Source: an uncultured archaeon (GTDB taxonomy: Archaea > Nanohalarchaeota > Nanosalinia > Nanosalinales > Nanohalalkaliarchaeaceae). From it: 28,531 nucleotides of DNA. Each line of letters opens with the position of its first letter. Positions within the stretch are counted from its first letter, which is position 1. Below the pieces are notes generated by a model. It was not told the origin of the DNA. It worked only from the letters and a program-made list of their open reading frames with translations, and did not search any database. Positions 1-8,099 of this stretch are shown here, piece by piece. The stretch lies in assembly GCA_964484895.1 (NCBI GenBank), contig CAZAFX010000002.1:2836-31366 (forward strand), read 5' to 3'. The translations under genes and the position numbers were made by a program.

Positions 1-168
1 CCCGCGCTGTGGAGCTGCGGGCACATCCACGAGGACTTCGGCCGGTTCTCCCTCATGCAGACCGTCGTCCTCAACGCCGCCGCCAAGGAGACCGGGAAAG
101 GCTGGGCCGTCGAGATGGGGGATGGCGGGGTTGAACAGGCCGACGAAGTGCAGCTCGTCGACCGGTGA
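1..168 (+). CDS. Calcineurin-like metallophosphoesterase, C-terminal fragment (5' end outside window)
   Basis: Frame 1 reads PALWSCGHIHEDFGRFSLMQTVVLNAAAKETGKGWAVEMGDGGVEQADEVQLVDR* with the GHxHE metallophosphoesterase motif; TGA at 166-168. Confidence 0.8.
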   Translation, partial: PALWSCGHIHEDFGRFSLMQTVVLNAAAKETGKGWAVEMGDGGVEQADEVQLVDR

Positions 169-185
169 CGCCGCGCGGCGAACGC

Positions 186-193
186 TTTTTAAT
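186..193 (+). promoter_or_regulatory. TATA box for tRNA-Ala
   Basis: TTTTTAAT about 25 nt upstream of the tRNA 5' end in a GC-rich background. Confidence 0.65.
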
Positions 194-217
194 GCTCTCT
201 GCCACGGACACCTACAG

Positions 218-291
218 GGGCTCGTAGTTCAGCCTGGCAGAACACCTCCTTGGCATGGAGGAGGCCCGGGGTTCAAATCCCCGCCGGTCCA
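218..291 (+). tRNA. tRNA-Ala(GGC)
   Basis: Cloverleaf: D stem GTTC/GAAC, anticodon stem CCTCC/GGAGG with loop TT-GGC-AT, T arm CGGGG-TTCAAAT-CCCCG, G3:U70, A73; no encoded CCA; one C6:C67 acceptor mismatch. Confidence 0.95.
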
Positions 292-314
292 TTTCGTTCC
301 CCGCATCTTCCGGT

Positions 315-647
315 TCAGGGCAGCGGCGCCGGGTCGACCGGTCCGTCGGTCTCCGTGACGTTGATGAGGTCGACACGGGGGCGGCTGCAGAAGCCGCTGA
401 GGATGGTGGTGTTGGCGGCAGCGATGCGCTGCTGCTGGACGGCACCGCCGGCGAACCGGTAGAACACCGCGACCGGGTGCGAGTTGGTGTTGCGGGCCTT
501 CGCCGCGCAGACGCCGCCGCGGGCCGGCCCGGTGAAGTCCTCCACATCCCAGACCGTGACGCCGCCGCGCTCCTGCGGCTGGAGGACGAGGAAGGCGGTG
601 CCGAGGAGGAACGCAGCCACGGTGGCGGCGGTGAGGAGGCGGCGCAT
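315..647 (-). CDS. Small secreted or membrane-anchored hypothetical protein (110 aa)
   Basis: ATG at 647: MRRLLTAATVAAFLLGTAFLVL signal/anchor, two Cys, sequons NTT and NVT. Confidence 0.65.
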   Translation of the reverse strand: MRRLLTAATVAAFLLGTAFLVLQPQERGGVTVWDVEDFTGPARGGVCAAKARNTNSHPVAVFYRFAGGAVQQQRIAAANTTILSGFCSRPRVDLINVTETDGPVDPAPLP

Positions 648-730
648 GCACCGTGGTGGGGGCAGCCATGTTAAAGGTGTGGCGGCCGGGCAGGGGAACG
701 TATTTGAACCGGGAGCGGGAACGTGGGTAC

Positions 731-1687
731 ATGCCGACGCTCGAGGAACTGCATGCGTTCGCCGTGGAGCGGGGGCGGGAGGCTGACCCGCGGAGCGAGG
801 AGGCGCTCGACCGCGTCCTGGAGCAGCGCCGGGAGGCGTACGAGGACGCGGAGGGCGTCCGGCGGGCACGGTTCGACGAGGATCGGCTTGACAACCCGTA
901 CGACGACTCCAAGGTGCTGCACGGCGGTGACGCCAACGTTGACACGGTGGCGGTGGGGATCGACATGGGGACGCAGGAGCTGCTGCTGGTGGACCGTCTG
1001 AACGAGCGCGGTGCCGGCATCGACGGCGTCGTCGCGCACCACCCCGAGGGCCGGGCGCTGGCGCGGCTGGCGGGCGTGATGGAGCTGAACGTGGACACGC
1101 TGCACGATGCCGGCATCCCAGTCTCGCAGGCGGAGGGCGTCGTCAGGGAGGCGTTCGGGCGTGTGCGGCAGAAGATGCACGCCGTCAACCACCCACGGGT
1201 GCCGCAGGCCGCCGAGCGGCTTGACCTGCCGCTGATGACGCTGCACACCGTGACGGACAACTTCGCGTACCGGTTCACGAGGGACTACGTGACCGAGGCG
1301 GAGCCGCAGCTGCTGGCGGACCTGGTGGACGCCCTGCTGGATATCCCGGAGTACGGCTGGGCGCTGGAGCACGGCGTCGAGCCCGAGGTGTTCGCCGGAC
1401 AGCCCGAGGCGCGGGCCGGGAAGATCGGGGTGCTCGGGTTCACCGGCGGGACAGACGTGGGAGCAGACCTGATCGAGACGATGGTGGACGCAGGGGTCGA
1501 CACGCTGCTGGCGATGCACGCGACGCTGGAGGAGATCGAGGCGGCGACGGAGCACAGCATCAACGTCGTCTCCGCCGGCCACATGGCGGCGGACTCGCTC
1601 GGGATGAACCTGCTACTTGACGAGCTACAGGACGAGTTCTCAATCAATGTCGAGGCGCTATCCGGGTTCACCCGCGTTGAGCGGTGA
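731..1687 (+). CDS. NIF3/DUF34-related protein, ~320-aa long-form family (318 aa)
   Basis: NPYDDS, VGID, AHHPEG, HTVTDN and AGHMAADSLGMN motifs typical of the long NIF3-like family; TTAAA upstream. Confidence 0.8.
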   Translation: MPTLEELHAFAVERGREADPRSEEALDRVLEQRREAYEDAEGVRRARFDEDRLDNPYDDSKVLHGGDANVDTVAVGIDMGTQELLLVDRLNERGAGIDGVVAHHPEGRALARLAGVMELNVDTLHDAGIPVSQAEGVVREAFGRVRQKMHAVNHPRVPQAAERLDLPLMTLHTVTDNFAYRFTRDYVTEAEPQLLADLVDALLDIPEYGWALEHGVEPEVFAGQPEARAGKIGVLGFTGGTDVGADLIETMVDAGVDTLLAMHATLEEIEAATEHSINVVSAGHMAADSLGMNLLLDELQDEFSINVEALSGFTRVER

Positions 1688-1694
1688 ACGCCTC

Positions 1695-2201
1695 TCAGTT
1701 GTCCTCGATGAGGTACCTGTCGGGGTTGTCGCCGAGGTCGATGAAGTTGTCGACGGCCTCGCGGAGTTCGCGGGCGGTCGACTTGCCGAACGCCATGGCC
1801 TCGACGCGGAGGCCCTGCGCCTGCAGGTGCTTGACGAGGGACTCGAAGTCGCCGTCACCGGTGACGAGGATGGCGGCGTCGATCTTGTCCGCCATGTTCA
1901 CCGCGTCGATGGCGATGCCCATGTCCCAGTCGCCCTTCTTGGCGCCGCCGGCGTACTCCTTCAGTTCCTTTGTCTTGACCTCGAACCCGATCTTCCGGAG
2001 TGCCTCGAAGAACTTTGGTTCGTCCGGGGTGTCCGCCTGGATGGCGTACGCGATCGCCCGGGTCAGCTTCCGGTCGTGGACGGCCGCGTCAAGCAGGTTG
2101 GTGAAATTGACCTTCTTGTCGTACAGGTTTTTGGACGAGTAGTACAGGTTCTGTACATCTACGAATACCGCTACGCGTTGGTCCGTGTGTATATTCGCCA
2201 T
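1695..2201 (-). CDS. NYN domain (LabA/DUF88, PIN-like) protein (168 aa)
   Basis: VFVDVQN, KKGDWDMGIAID and TGDGDF acidic catalytic motifs. Confidence 0.9.
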   Translation of the reverse strand: MANIHTDQRVAVFVDVQNLYYSSKNLYDKKVNFTNLLDAAVHDRKLTRAIAYAIQADTPDEPKFFEALRKIGFEVKTKELKEYAGGAKKGDWDMGIAIDAVNMADKIDAAILVTGDGDFESLVKHLQAQGLRVEAMAFGKSTARELREAVDNFIDLGDNPDRYLIEDN

Positions 2202-2242
2202 AGAGACCACTCATGATTGTGCTGCACCATACGTGCCAAGGA

Positions 2243-2278
2243 TTTAAAAGGCAGGCGGTGGCCCGGAAGCCTTTAAAT
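2243..2278. promoter_or_regulatory. Divergent TATA boxes (TTTAAAA 2243-2249; TTTAAAT 2272-2278)
   Basis: Two AT-rich boxes between the divergent NYN gene and the ORF at 2303. Confidence 0.6.
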
Positions 2279-2302
2279 GCGTCCACCGCGCATCAGGGCG
2301 TG

Positions 2303-2698
2303 ATGGCCCGGAAACGCATCCCGCTCGAGGCCGAGAGCGAGGACGATGCGGAGGATGCCGGCCCGTTCACCGCCGACACCGACGAGCTACGGGCGGAGAT
2401 GGACAAGTCGCACATGCCCGAGGGCGGCGAGGATGCGGCCGTGCCACGGGACAGCAGCAGGCCGGCGCCCCGGAACCAAGAGCAGCGCACCGCATCCGGC
2501 GGCGACCGTACGGCGGACCGGGATGCGGATGCCGGCCGCGGCCGGCGGGAAGGCCGGGCGTACATCGAGCAGCAGGCGGTCACGATGCTCGTGGACAAGC
2601 TGCGGGAGAAAGGTGTGTCGGACGCGTTCATCGAGGACAACATGGACACAATCCGGGAGAAGGCGCGGGAGCGGCTGTACGGTCAGGACCGTCGGTAG
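2303..2698 (+). CDS. Acidic, partly disordered hypothetical protein (131 aa)
   Basis: ATG 25 nt after a TATA box; D/E-rich N-terminus and helical C-terminal segment (AYIEQQAVTMLVDKLREKGVSDAFIEDNMDTIREKARERL). Confidence 0.75.
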   Translation: MARKRIPLEAESEDDAEDAGPFTADTDELRAEMDKSHMPEGGEDAAVPRDSSRPAPRNQEQRTASGGDRTADRDADAGRGRREGRAYIEQQAVTMLVDKLREKGVSDAFIEDNMDTIREKARERLYGQDRR

Positions 2699-2847
2699 GA
2701 GACGTGGCCGCACTCGGTGCAGACGCGGGCATGCACGTCGTCGCCGTCCAGATCCGGGTTGTGCTCCCTGATCTTCGCCTCCCTGTCGTCATCAATCTCC
2801 TGCTTCTCCGTCTCCCCGCCGCAGAGGGCGCATCCCTCGTCCGTCAT
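2683..2847 (-). CDS. Small zinc-finger protein (54 aa), not in ORF track
   Basis: MTDEGCALCGGETEKQEIDDDREAKIREHNPDLDGDDVHARVCTECGHVSYRRS*; two CxxCG knuckles; acidic; AT-rich box about 25 nt upstream. Confidence 0.8.
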   Translation of the reverse strand: MTDEGCALCGGETEKQEIDDDREAKIREHNPDLDGDDVHARVCTECGHVSYRRS

Positions 2848-2927
2848 ACGGCCGTGTGCGGGCGCCGGCTATTTATGGGTATCGGCGTGTCGGTACCGTT
2901 AAAAGCCGGGGGCGTCCATGCCGGCGT

Positions 2928-4130
2928 ATGAAGCGGGTGGAGGTCACCGTTCCAGCGGACCAGCAGGACGCGGTGGCGGAGGAAATCGAGGCGTTCACGG
3001 ACGACGCGGCCACGTCCGAGGTGGAGAAGGATGACCGTGCGTTCCGGCAGTTCGAGTTCGCACTGGAGTCCGGCGACATCGATGAGCTGACGGAGAACCT
3101 GAAGGGTATCACCGACCTGGAGACGGGCGACCTGACCATCGAGGTGCTGGAGGAGACGGCCCGCATCGAGAAGGGGAAACGGCGGGAGGGTGGCGACTCC
3201 AGCCTGTCCATCCAGGAGATGTACGCGAAGGCGTTCGAGTACGCGGCGTCCGGACGGGCGACGTGGGCGCTCATCGCGCTGGGCGCCGGTATCGCGGTGT
3301 TCGGGGCGGCGACGGAGAACGTGATGGTCGTCATCGGGTCGATGGTCATCACGCCGATGCTCGGACCGTTCATCGCGGCGTCGTTCGGCCTTGTCATCGG
3401 CGACCAGCAGCTTATCCAGGACAGCATATACTACGGCCTGTTCAGCATCGCGCTCGCTATCCTTGCCGGGTTCATCATCGCGCTGGCCATCCCCGTGCAG
3501 TCGAACCCGCTTATAGAGCTCATCGCGCACCCCGGGTTCGCCACCATCCCGCTGTCCCTGTTCGTCGGGGCGGCGGCCGCGCTGACTTTCACGACCGAGA
3601 TGCGGGAGTCGCTGGCCGGAGTGGCGGTGGCAATCGCGCTGGTGCCGCCGGCAGCGGTCGTCGGCATCGCGCTGTCGCTGGCGGATATCGCGCTGCTGGT
3701 GGATGTGCTGCTCGTGCTGGTGACAAATGTAATCTCACTGATCCTTGCCGGGTCGCTGACGTTCAAGGCGTTCGGTATCACGCCGTCCACCTACCACCGG
3801 CAGCAGGTGTCCGAGGCGCAGCTGCGGAAGGCGCTCATCATCTCCATCGCATCCATCACGGTCATCGGCGGCGCCGTGGCGTTCATCTCGTACAACGACC
3901 TGCAGAACACGTACCTCGAATCAGATGTCGAGCAACTGGTGGAGGCCCAGTTCAGTGACCGGGTGCTTGACAGCGAGGTCGTGGTGACAGGGAACCGGGT
4001 ATCCGTTGATCTGGCCGTCGTCAACCCCCGGATGGATGCTGACGCGTTCGAGGCACAGATCCGGGAGATCACGGACCGCGAGGTAACTGTTAAATTACTG
4101 GCGATACAAGGGGCGGTATCCGATGAGTGA
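2928..4130 (+). CDS. DUF389 / TIGR00341-type membrane protein (400 aa)
   Basis: VVIGSMVITPMLGP and AGVAVAIALVPPA motifs, about 7 TM helices, acidic N-terminal domain; TTAAAA upstream. Confidence 0.85.
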   Translation: MKRVEVTVPADQQDAVAEEIEAFTDDAATSEVEKDDRAFRQFEFALESGDIDELTENLKGITDLETGDLTIEVLEETARIEKGKRREGGDSSLSIQEMYAKAFEYAASGRATWALIALGAGIAVFGAATENVMVVIGSMVITPMLGPFIAASFGLVIGDQQLIQDSIYYGLFSIALAILAGFIIALAIPVQSNPLIELIAHPGFATIPLSLFVGAAAALTFTTEMRESLAGVAVAIALVPPAAVVGIALSLADIALLVDVLLVLVTNVISLILAGSLTFKAFGITPSTYHRQQVSEAQLRKALIISIASITVIGGAVAFISYNDLQNTYLESDVEQLVEAQFSDRVLDSEVVVTGNRVSVDLAVVNPRMDADAFEAQIREITDREVTVKLLAIQGAVSDE

Positions 4131-4254
4131 TGGAGCGGGGAAGCGGAAGAACCCGGAGCAAATCGAGGAGGAACTCGAAGAGGTCGAAAAGAAGCTGAAC
4201 GATCTTCTCGGCGCCGACAACCGTGAAAAAGAAGAGAGCGACACGCCTTCGTGA
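4123..4254 (+). CDS. Small acidic coiled-coil ORF (43 aa), not in ORF track
   Basis: MSDGAGKRKNPEQIEEELEEVEKKLNDLLGADNREKEESDTPS*; ATG overlaps the DUF389 stop region and TGA lies 4 nt before the next ATG. Confidence 0.6.
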   Translation: MSDGAGKRKNPEQIEEELEEVEKKLNDLLGADNREKEESDTPS

Positions 4255-4258
4255 TACC

Positions 4259-4522
4259 ATGGTCAACTTCGAGACGGTGAAGAGCGAGCAGATTGCCTTT
4301 GGGGACGACGAGTTCATCGAGATCGCCAAGAAGCGTGCCATCGGCGAGGAGGGCGAGGACGAGTTCATCTCGCTCTCCCGCGGATACTACGACGGCGACG
4401 ACCAGCGGTACAAGACCAACTTCTCCATCCCCATCGACGACGACGTCATCACGTTCCTGACAGAGCAACTCCCGGCGATGCTCGACAGCGCGACGGGCGC
4501 ACCGCGCGGCGATGACGGCTGA
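4259..4522 (+). CDS. PC4/PUR-like putative single-stranded nucleic acid binding protein (87 aa)
   Basis: Four beta strands plus C-terminal helix; FISLSRGYYDGDDQRYKTNFSIP resembles the PC4 core by eye; GTGA SD-like element upstream. Confidence 0.65.
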   Translation: MVNFETVKSEQIAFGDDEFIEIAKKRAIGEEGEDEFISLSRGYYDGDDQRYKTNFSIPIDDDVITFLTEQLPAMLDSATGAPRGDDG

Positions 4523-4528
4523 ACGCGG

Positions 4529-5707
4529 TCAGGACGAGTACTTGCCCTTCCGCTGCCGATCCCGCTTCTGGTCGACGCGCTTCTCCCGCTCCTTCTTCAC
4601 GACCGTCTCCAGGTTGTCCAGGCCCTCGTCGACCACGTCGAGAAGGGTCCAGCCATCCGCCTTGACCGAGGTCACGCCGTGCTTCCAGGACAGCTTGAAC
4701 CGGAGCGAGTACTTGTGCCGGTTCCCCTCCTTCTCGTACTGCTTCACGTGGATGGCGAGCTCCTCCGGCCGCACCAGCAGCCGGCCGAGGCCACCCTGCA
4801 GCGCGGTCTCCACCTTGTCCATGACCGCCTGCTGTTCCTCCGGGACATCCGGCCCCGTCAGCTGGACCTGGATGCCCTCGACAGCCTGCTGCCCGGCGAG
4901 GTGCGTGATGACATCCTTCAGCGTCAGGATGCCTGCCGGCGCGTCGTCGTCCAGCACCACGATTTCACGGGTGCCGGCCTCCCGCATCTGCTGCACGGCC
5001 GCGGGCAGCGTCATGTCTCCCTCCTCGCGCAGCGTCCGCTCGACCTGCTCCCGGTCCTCCATCAGCTCCCGGACCGGGATGTCGGACAGGCTCTCCTTGT
5101 GCCCCTTGTAGTCGCCCTCCTGCATCTGCTCGCGGGGCACCATCGCCCGCAGCGTATCAAGGCTCGATATCATGCCGACACAACGTCCGTCGCCGTCAAC
5201 CACCGGCAGCCGCGACACGTTCTCATCCATCATCCGGCGGCGCGCCGTCTCGAACGGCTCGTCGTCCCGCACCGTCACCAGTTCCGTGGTCATGAGGTCC
5301 GAGACGACAACGTTCTGCAGCTCCTCGGCGTCGTACGTGGGATAGACAAGCTCCCGCTCCCCGACCACGCCCTCCAGATGGTTGTGCTTGTCCAGCACTG
5401 CGAACTTCTTCCGGCCCGAGGCGATGCGCAGCGCGGACAGCTCCACGACGTTCTGGTCCTGCTCCACATCAGGCGGCGTGTGCACCAGCTTGTCGACCTT
5501 CGTCCGCCCCGGATCCGACCGGAGCTTCTCCATCAAGTCCCGGTAACCAAGCATCCCGACGAACTGCTTCCCGTCCACCACCGGCAGCGTCCGCAGCCGG
5601 TGCTCCTCGAAGACTGTGCGGGCCTTCGACAGCGGCTGCCCGATGTTCACCGTCGCCGGTTCCCCCTCCAGCACGTCACCGGCCGTCAGGTCGCGCGCAG
5701 ACGCCAT
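4529..5707 (-). CDS. CBS-domain (two pairs) plus C-terminal HPF/RaiA-like domain protein (392 aa); putative ribosome hibernation factor
   Basis: RTLPVVDG and SRLPVVDGDGRCVGMIS CBS motifs; C-terminal IQVQLTG...KADGWTLLDVVDEGLDNLETVVKKEREK matches the HPF beta-alpha-beta-beta-beta-alpha pattern. Confidence 0.8.
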   Translation of the reverse strand: MASARDLTAGDVLEGEPATVNIGQPLSKARTVFEEHRLRTLPVVDGKQFVGMLGYRDLMEKLRSDPGRTKVDKLVHTPPDVEQDQNVVELSALRIASGRKKFAVLDKHNHLEGVVGERELVYPTYDAEELQNVVVSDLMTTELVTVRDDEPFETARRRMMDENVSRLPVVDGDGRCVGMISSLDTLRAMVPREQMQEGDYKGHKESLSDIPVRELMEDREQVERTLREEGDMTLPAAVQQMREAGTREIVVLDDDAPAGILTLKDVITHLAGQQAVEGIQVQLTGPDVPEEQQAVMDKVETALQGGLGRLLVRPEELAIHVKQYEKEGNRHKYSLRFKLSWKHGVTSVKADGWTLLDVVDEGLDNLETVVKKEREKRVDQKRDRQRKGKYSS

Positions 5708-5798
5708 TCGTGGTGCACCGCACACCTGTTCCGCGGACACGCTTTTAAACCGTACGGTCCGGGCAACGCTTTTATGCCCGGCCGCCACACCGTGCGGT

Positions 5799-6707
5799 AT
5801 GGACTGCAAGCGATGCTTCACCACGTCCGGCATCGACCAAGCGTTCGTCGAGGAACGGGTGCGCGAGGTGGTAGAGAAGCTTGACCACACGGAGGACATC
5901 TCCGTGACGGTCGTGGCGGTGGCGGACGCCGACGAGTGCGGCGCGGTGCTGGATGAGATCGATGTAGCCGACGAGGAGGCGTTCCTGCGGAACTGCGAGG
6001 ACGCCGACACGTCCATCAGCTACCGGGCGGCCGACGAGGAGTTCGTCCTCATCAAGGCGGACAAGCCGTTCGTCCAGGAGAACGCCAGCGCGCTGCGTGG
6101 CCTGCTCGCCCACGAGATGATGCACACCGTCCAGCGGCGGCAGGGCATCGAGCAGGACATCGAGACCGTGGCCCGGTCCCACGAGGAGGAGGCCATCACC
6201 CGCCTCCGTGACCTCGGCATGGACGACCAGGAGATCGGCGGCTTCATCCGCACCGTCTTCCAGACCGCTATCTTCGCGCTGAAGGACCTGTACGCCAACA
6301 CGGAACTCATCCAGCAGTCGTTCGTCGCCGACCTCGAGGAGTACTACCATCACATGCTCGGCATCGACGAGTTCTGCCCCGCTCCCGACTTCTACGGGGA
6401 GGAAGCAGAGCTGTACGAGGTGCAGGAGGCGATCGCCTTCGAGCTCGGGCTGCTCCCGGCCTGGCTCCCGTTCGAAGCCCTCAGCCGGCCGGAGGCCGAC
6501 CGGCTCCGGCACCGCATCCAGGACTGCTACGAGCAAGATCTTCCCCAGGTCTCCTACCACATCCACGACATCCGCGACCTCTACCACGACCAGTACAACC
6601 AGCGCGACGAGTTCAAGAACCGGTTCTTCCAGGAGATCTTCACCAGCGCCAGCGACGTCATCGAGAAGAAAATCGCGCGCGTCGGCGACAACCTGAGCGA
6701 CGGATGA
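5799..6707 (+). CDS. HExxH zinc metallopeptidase-like protein, DUF5781-like (302 aa)
   Basis: LRGLLAHEMMH followed about 50 aa later by KDLYAN; acidic. Confidence 0.7.
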   Translation: MDCKRCFTTSGIDQAFVEERVREVVEKLDHTEDISVTVVAVADADECGAVLDEIDVADEEAFLRNCEDADTSISYRAADEEFVLIKADKPFVQENASALRGLLAHEMMHTVQRRQGIEQDIETVARSHEEEAITRLRDLGMDDQEIGGFIRTVFQTAIFALKDLYANTELIQQSFVADLEEYYHHMLGIDEFCPAPDFYGEEAELYEVQEAIAFELGLLPAWLPFEALSRPEADRLRHRIQDCYEQDLPQVSYHIHDIRDLYHDQYNQRDEFKNRFFQEIFTSASDVIEKKIARVGDNLSDG

Positions 6708-6729
6708 ACCGCCGCACCCCCGACCATGA

Positions 6730-6802
6730 TGGGTCCAGGCGGATTTGAACCGCCGACCTTCGCCGTGTGAAGGCGACGTCCTGACCACTAGACCATGGAC
6801 CC
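6730..6802 (-). tRNA. tRNA-Val(CAC)
   Basis: GGGTCCA/TGGACCC acceptor, TCGCC-TT-CAC-AC-GGCGA anticodon arm, GGCGG-TTCAAAT-CCGCC T arm, A73; TTAAAAG box about 26 nt upstream. Confidence 0.97.
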
Positions 6803-6866
6803 GTGCACGCGGAAGGGGGCGGCGAGGACTTTTAACTGTGACGTCCGCCGGTCGGTGGCGCGGCCG

Positions 6867-7268
6867 TCACCGGTGCAGCGGGTCGACATCGCCCAGGTAC
6901 CGGTCCGCGTACGCCACCATATCCTCCACCACGACCCGGACGGCGGGCGGCAGGTCGCCGGCGACGAGACAGTGGTCGATGCCGTCATCGTAGACGCGGT
7001 ATCCATGCAACCGACCGTCCGTGGCGCCGACGTAGCCCTGCGGGCAATCCGCATCCCGCAGCGCGCCCACCCACCGCTCCGCCCGGTCAGCGGGGACGCG
7101 CATGGCGTTGTACGTCTCGTCGCGGCCGCGCATCCGGTCGACCGGGTCGGGGACGGTGCGGAGGTGCAGGCGGTCGCCGGAGAGGTCCGTGGTCACGGCG
7201 AGGTGGAGTCCGTCGCTGCGGCCGTCGACCGGGCGGTCGTACCGGAGGCGGTGCCTGTGCTGCTGCAT
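6867..7268 (-). CDS. Hypothetical protein (133 aa)
   Basis: Fills the gap between the lipoprotein gene and the tRNA-Val promoter; AGGTGA SD-like motif upstream; no recognisable family. Confidence 0.55.
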   Translation of the reverse strand: MQQHRHRLRYDRPVDGRSDGLHLAVTTDLSGDRLHLRTVPDPVDRMRGRDETYNAMRVPADRAERWVGALRDADCPQGYVGATDGRLHGYRVYDDGIDHCLVAGDLPPAVRVVVEDMVAYADRYLGDVDPLHR

Positions 7269-7302
7269 GGGAGCTCGGATGGTCACCTGTGCGAAGCCGG
7301 TC

Positions 7303-8043
7303 TCACGGCGCCGTGCGAGACACCGCCGTATCATACCATTCCGGCCGTTTCACATCGTGTTCAAGCGCCGTCCGGTAGCTGATGGATGCTCTGCCGGTCG
7401 TGAATACGAAGGAGCGGATGATGCCATCTGTACTGACCAGCAGCGTCCGTGCCGTGATGTCATCGGCCGCATCAACGGTCCGGTTCTGTACCCGGGTGAC
7501 GCGGTACCGCCAGTGGGTCGTACCGTCATGGACCACCGTGCGGCCGTCCGCGAACGACATGGCGGGAACGAAGGTGCGTTGCGCGATGGGGCCGCCGTAG
7601 GAGAACCAGGAGAAGGCTTTCCGCAGCACGGTGTGGACGGTGCGACGCCGCCACTCCTGGATGACCGCCGGGAACCTCTCCTCCCCACGTGCGGGATGGC
7701 GGCGGTAGCGTGTCGTGCCGTTCGCGGTTTCACCACGGCTGTAGGCCGGTCCACCGCGGGTGGCGTAGATGGTTCCCGTCGAGGTTCTGACGAGCGCCTC
7801 GCCATCACGTCGGTCGATTGAGACAGACTGGTCGGCCCAGTCCGGAACGGTCCAGTTAATCCGGTAGCTATGTGCGGCAATCTCCCGTTCATGCGCTGCA
7901 AGGAGCTGCGTAAGGTTTGTCACACGGTCGCTATCGGCACCGGGCGGCGGGGTAACCTGTGTCCGACTCCCGCCCGTGACACCCGTGCAGCCAGCGGTCA
8001 CCGCAGCCAGGAACAGGATGACCGGCGCCCACCGCGGGGACAT
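7303..8043 (-). CDS. Haloarchaeal-type lipoprotein (DUF7537-like, 246 aa)
   Basis: Signal peptide with lipobox TAGC, PPPG linker, LLAAHE, C-terminal PEWYD; all 4 Asn lie in N-x-T sequons; TTTTAAA upstream. Confidence 0.75.
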   Translation of the reverse strand: MSPRWAPVILFLAAVTAGCTGVTGGSRTQVTPPPGADSDRVTNLTQLLAAHEREIAAHSYRINWTVPDWADQSVSIDRRDGEALVRTSTGTIYATRGGPAYSRGETANGTTRYRRHPARGEERFPAVIQEWRRRTVHTVLRKAFSWFSYGGPIAQRTFVPAMSFADGRTVVHDGTTHWRYRVTRVQNRTVDAADDITARTLLVSTDGIIRSFVFTTGRASISYRTALEHDVKRPEWYDTAVSRTAP

Positions 8044-8099
8044 ACCGCCGTGTTGTGGCCGTTCGTTTAAAACCGGTGCGGATACGGCGACCCCCAGAG

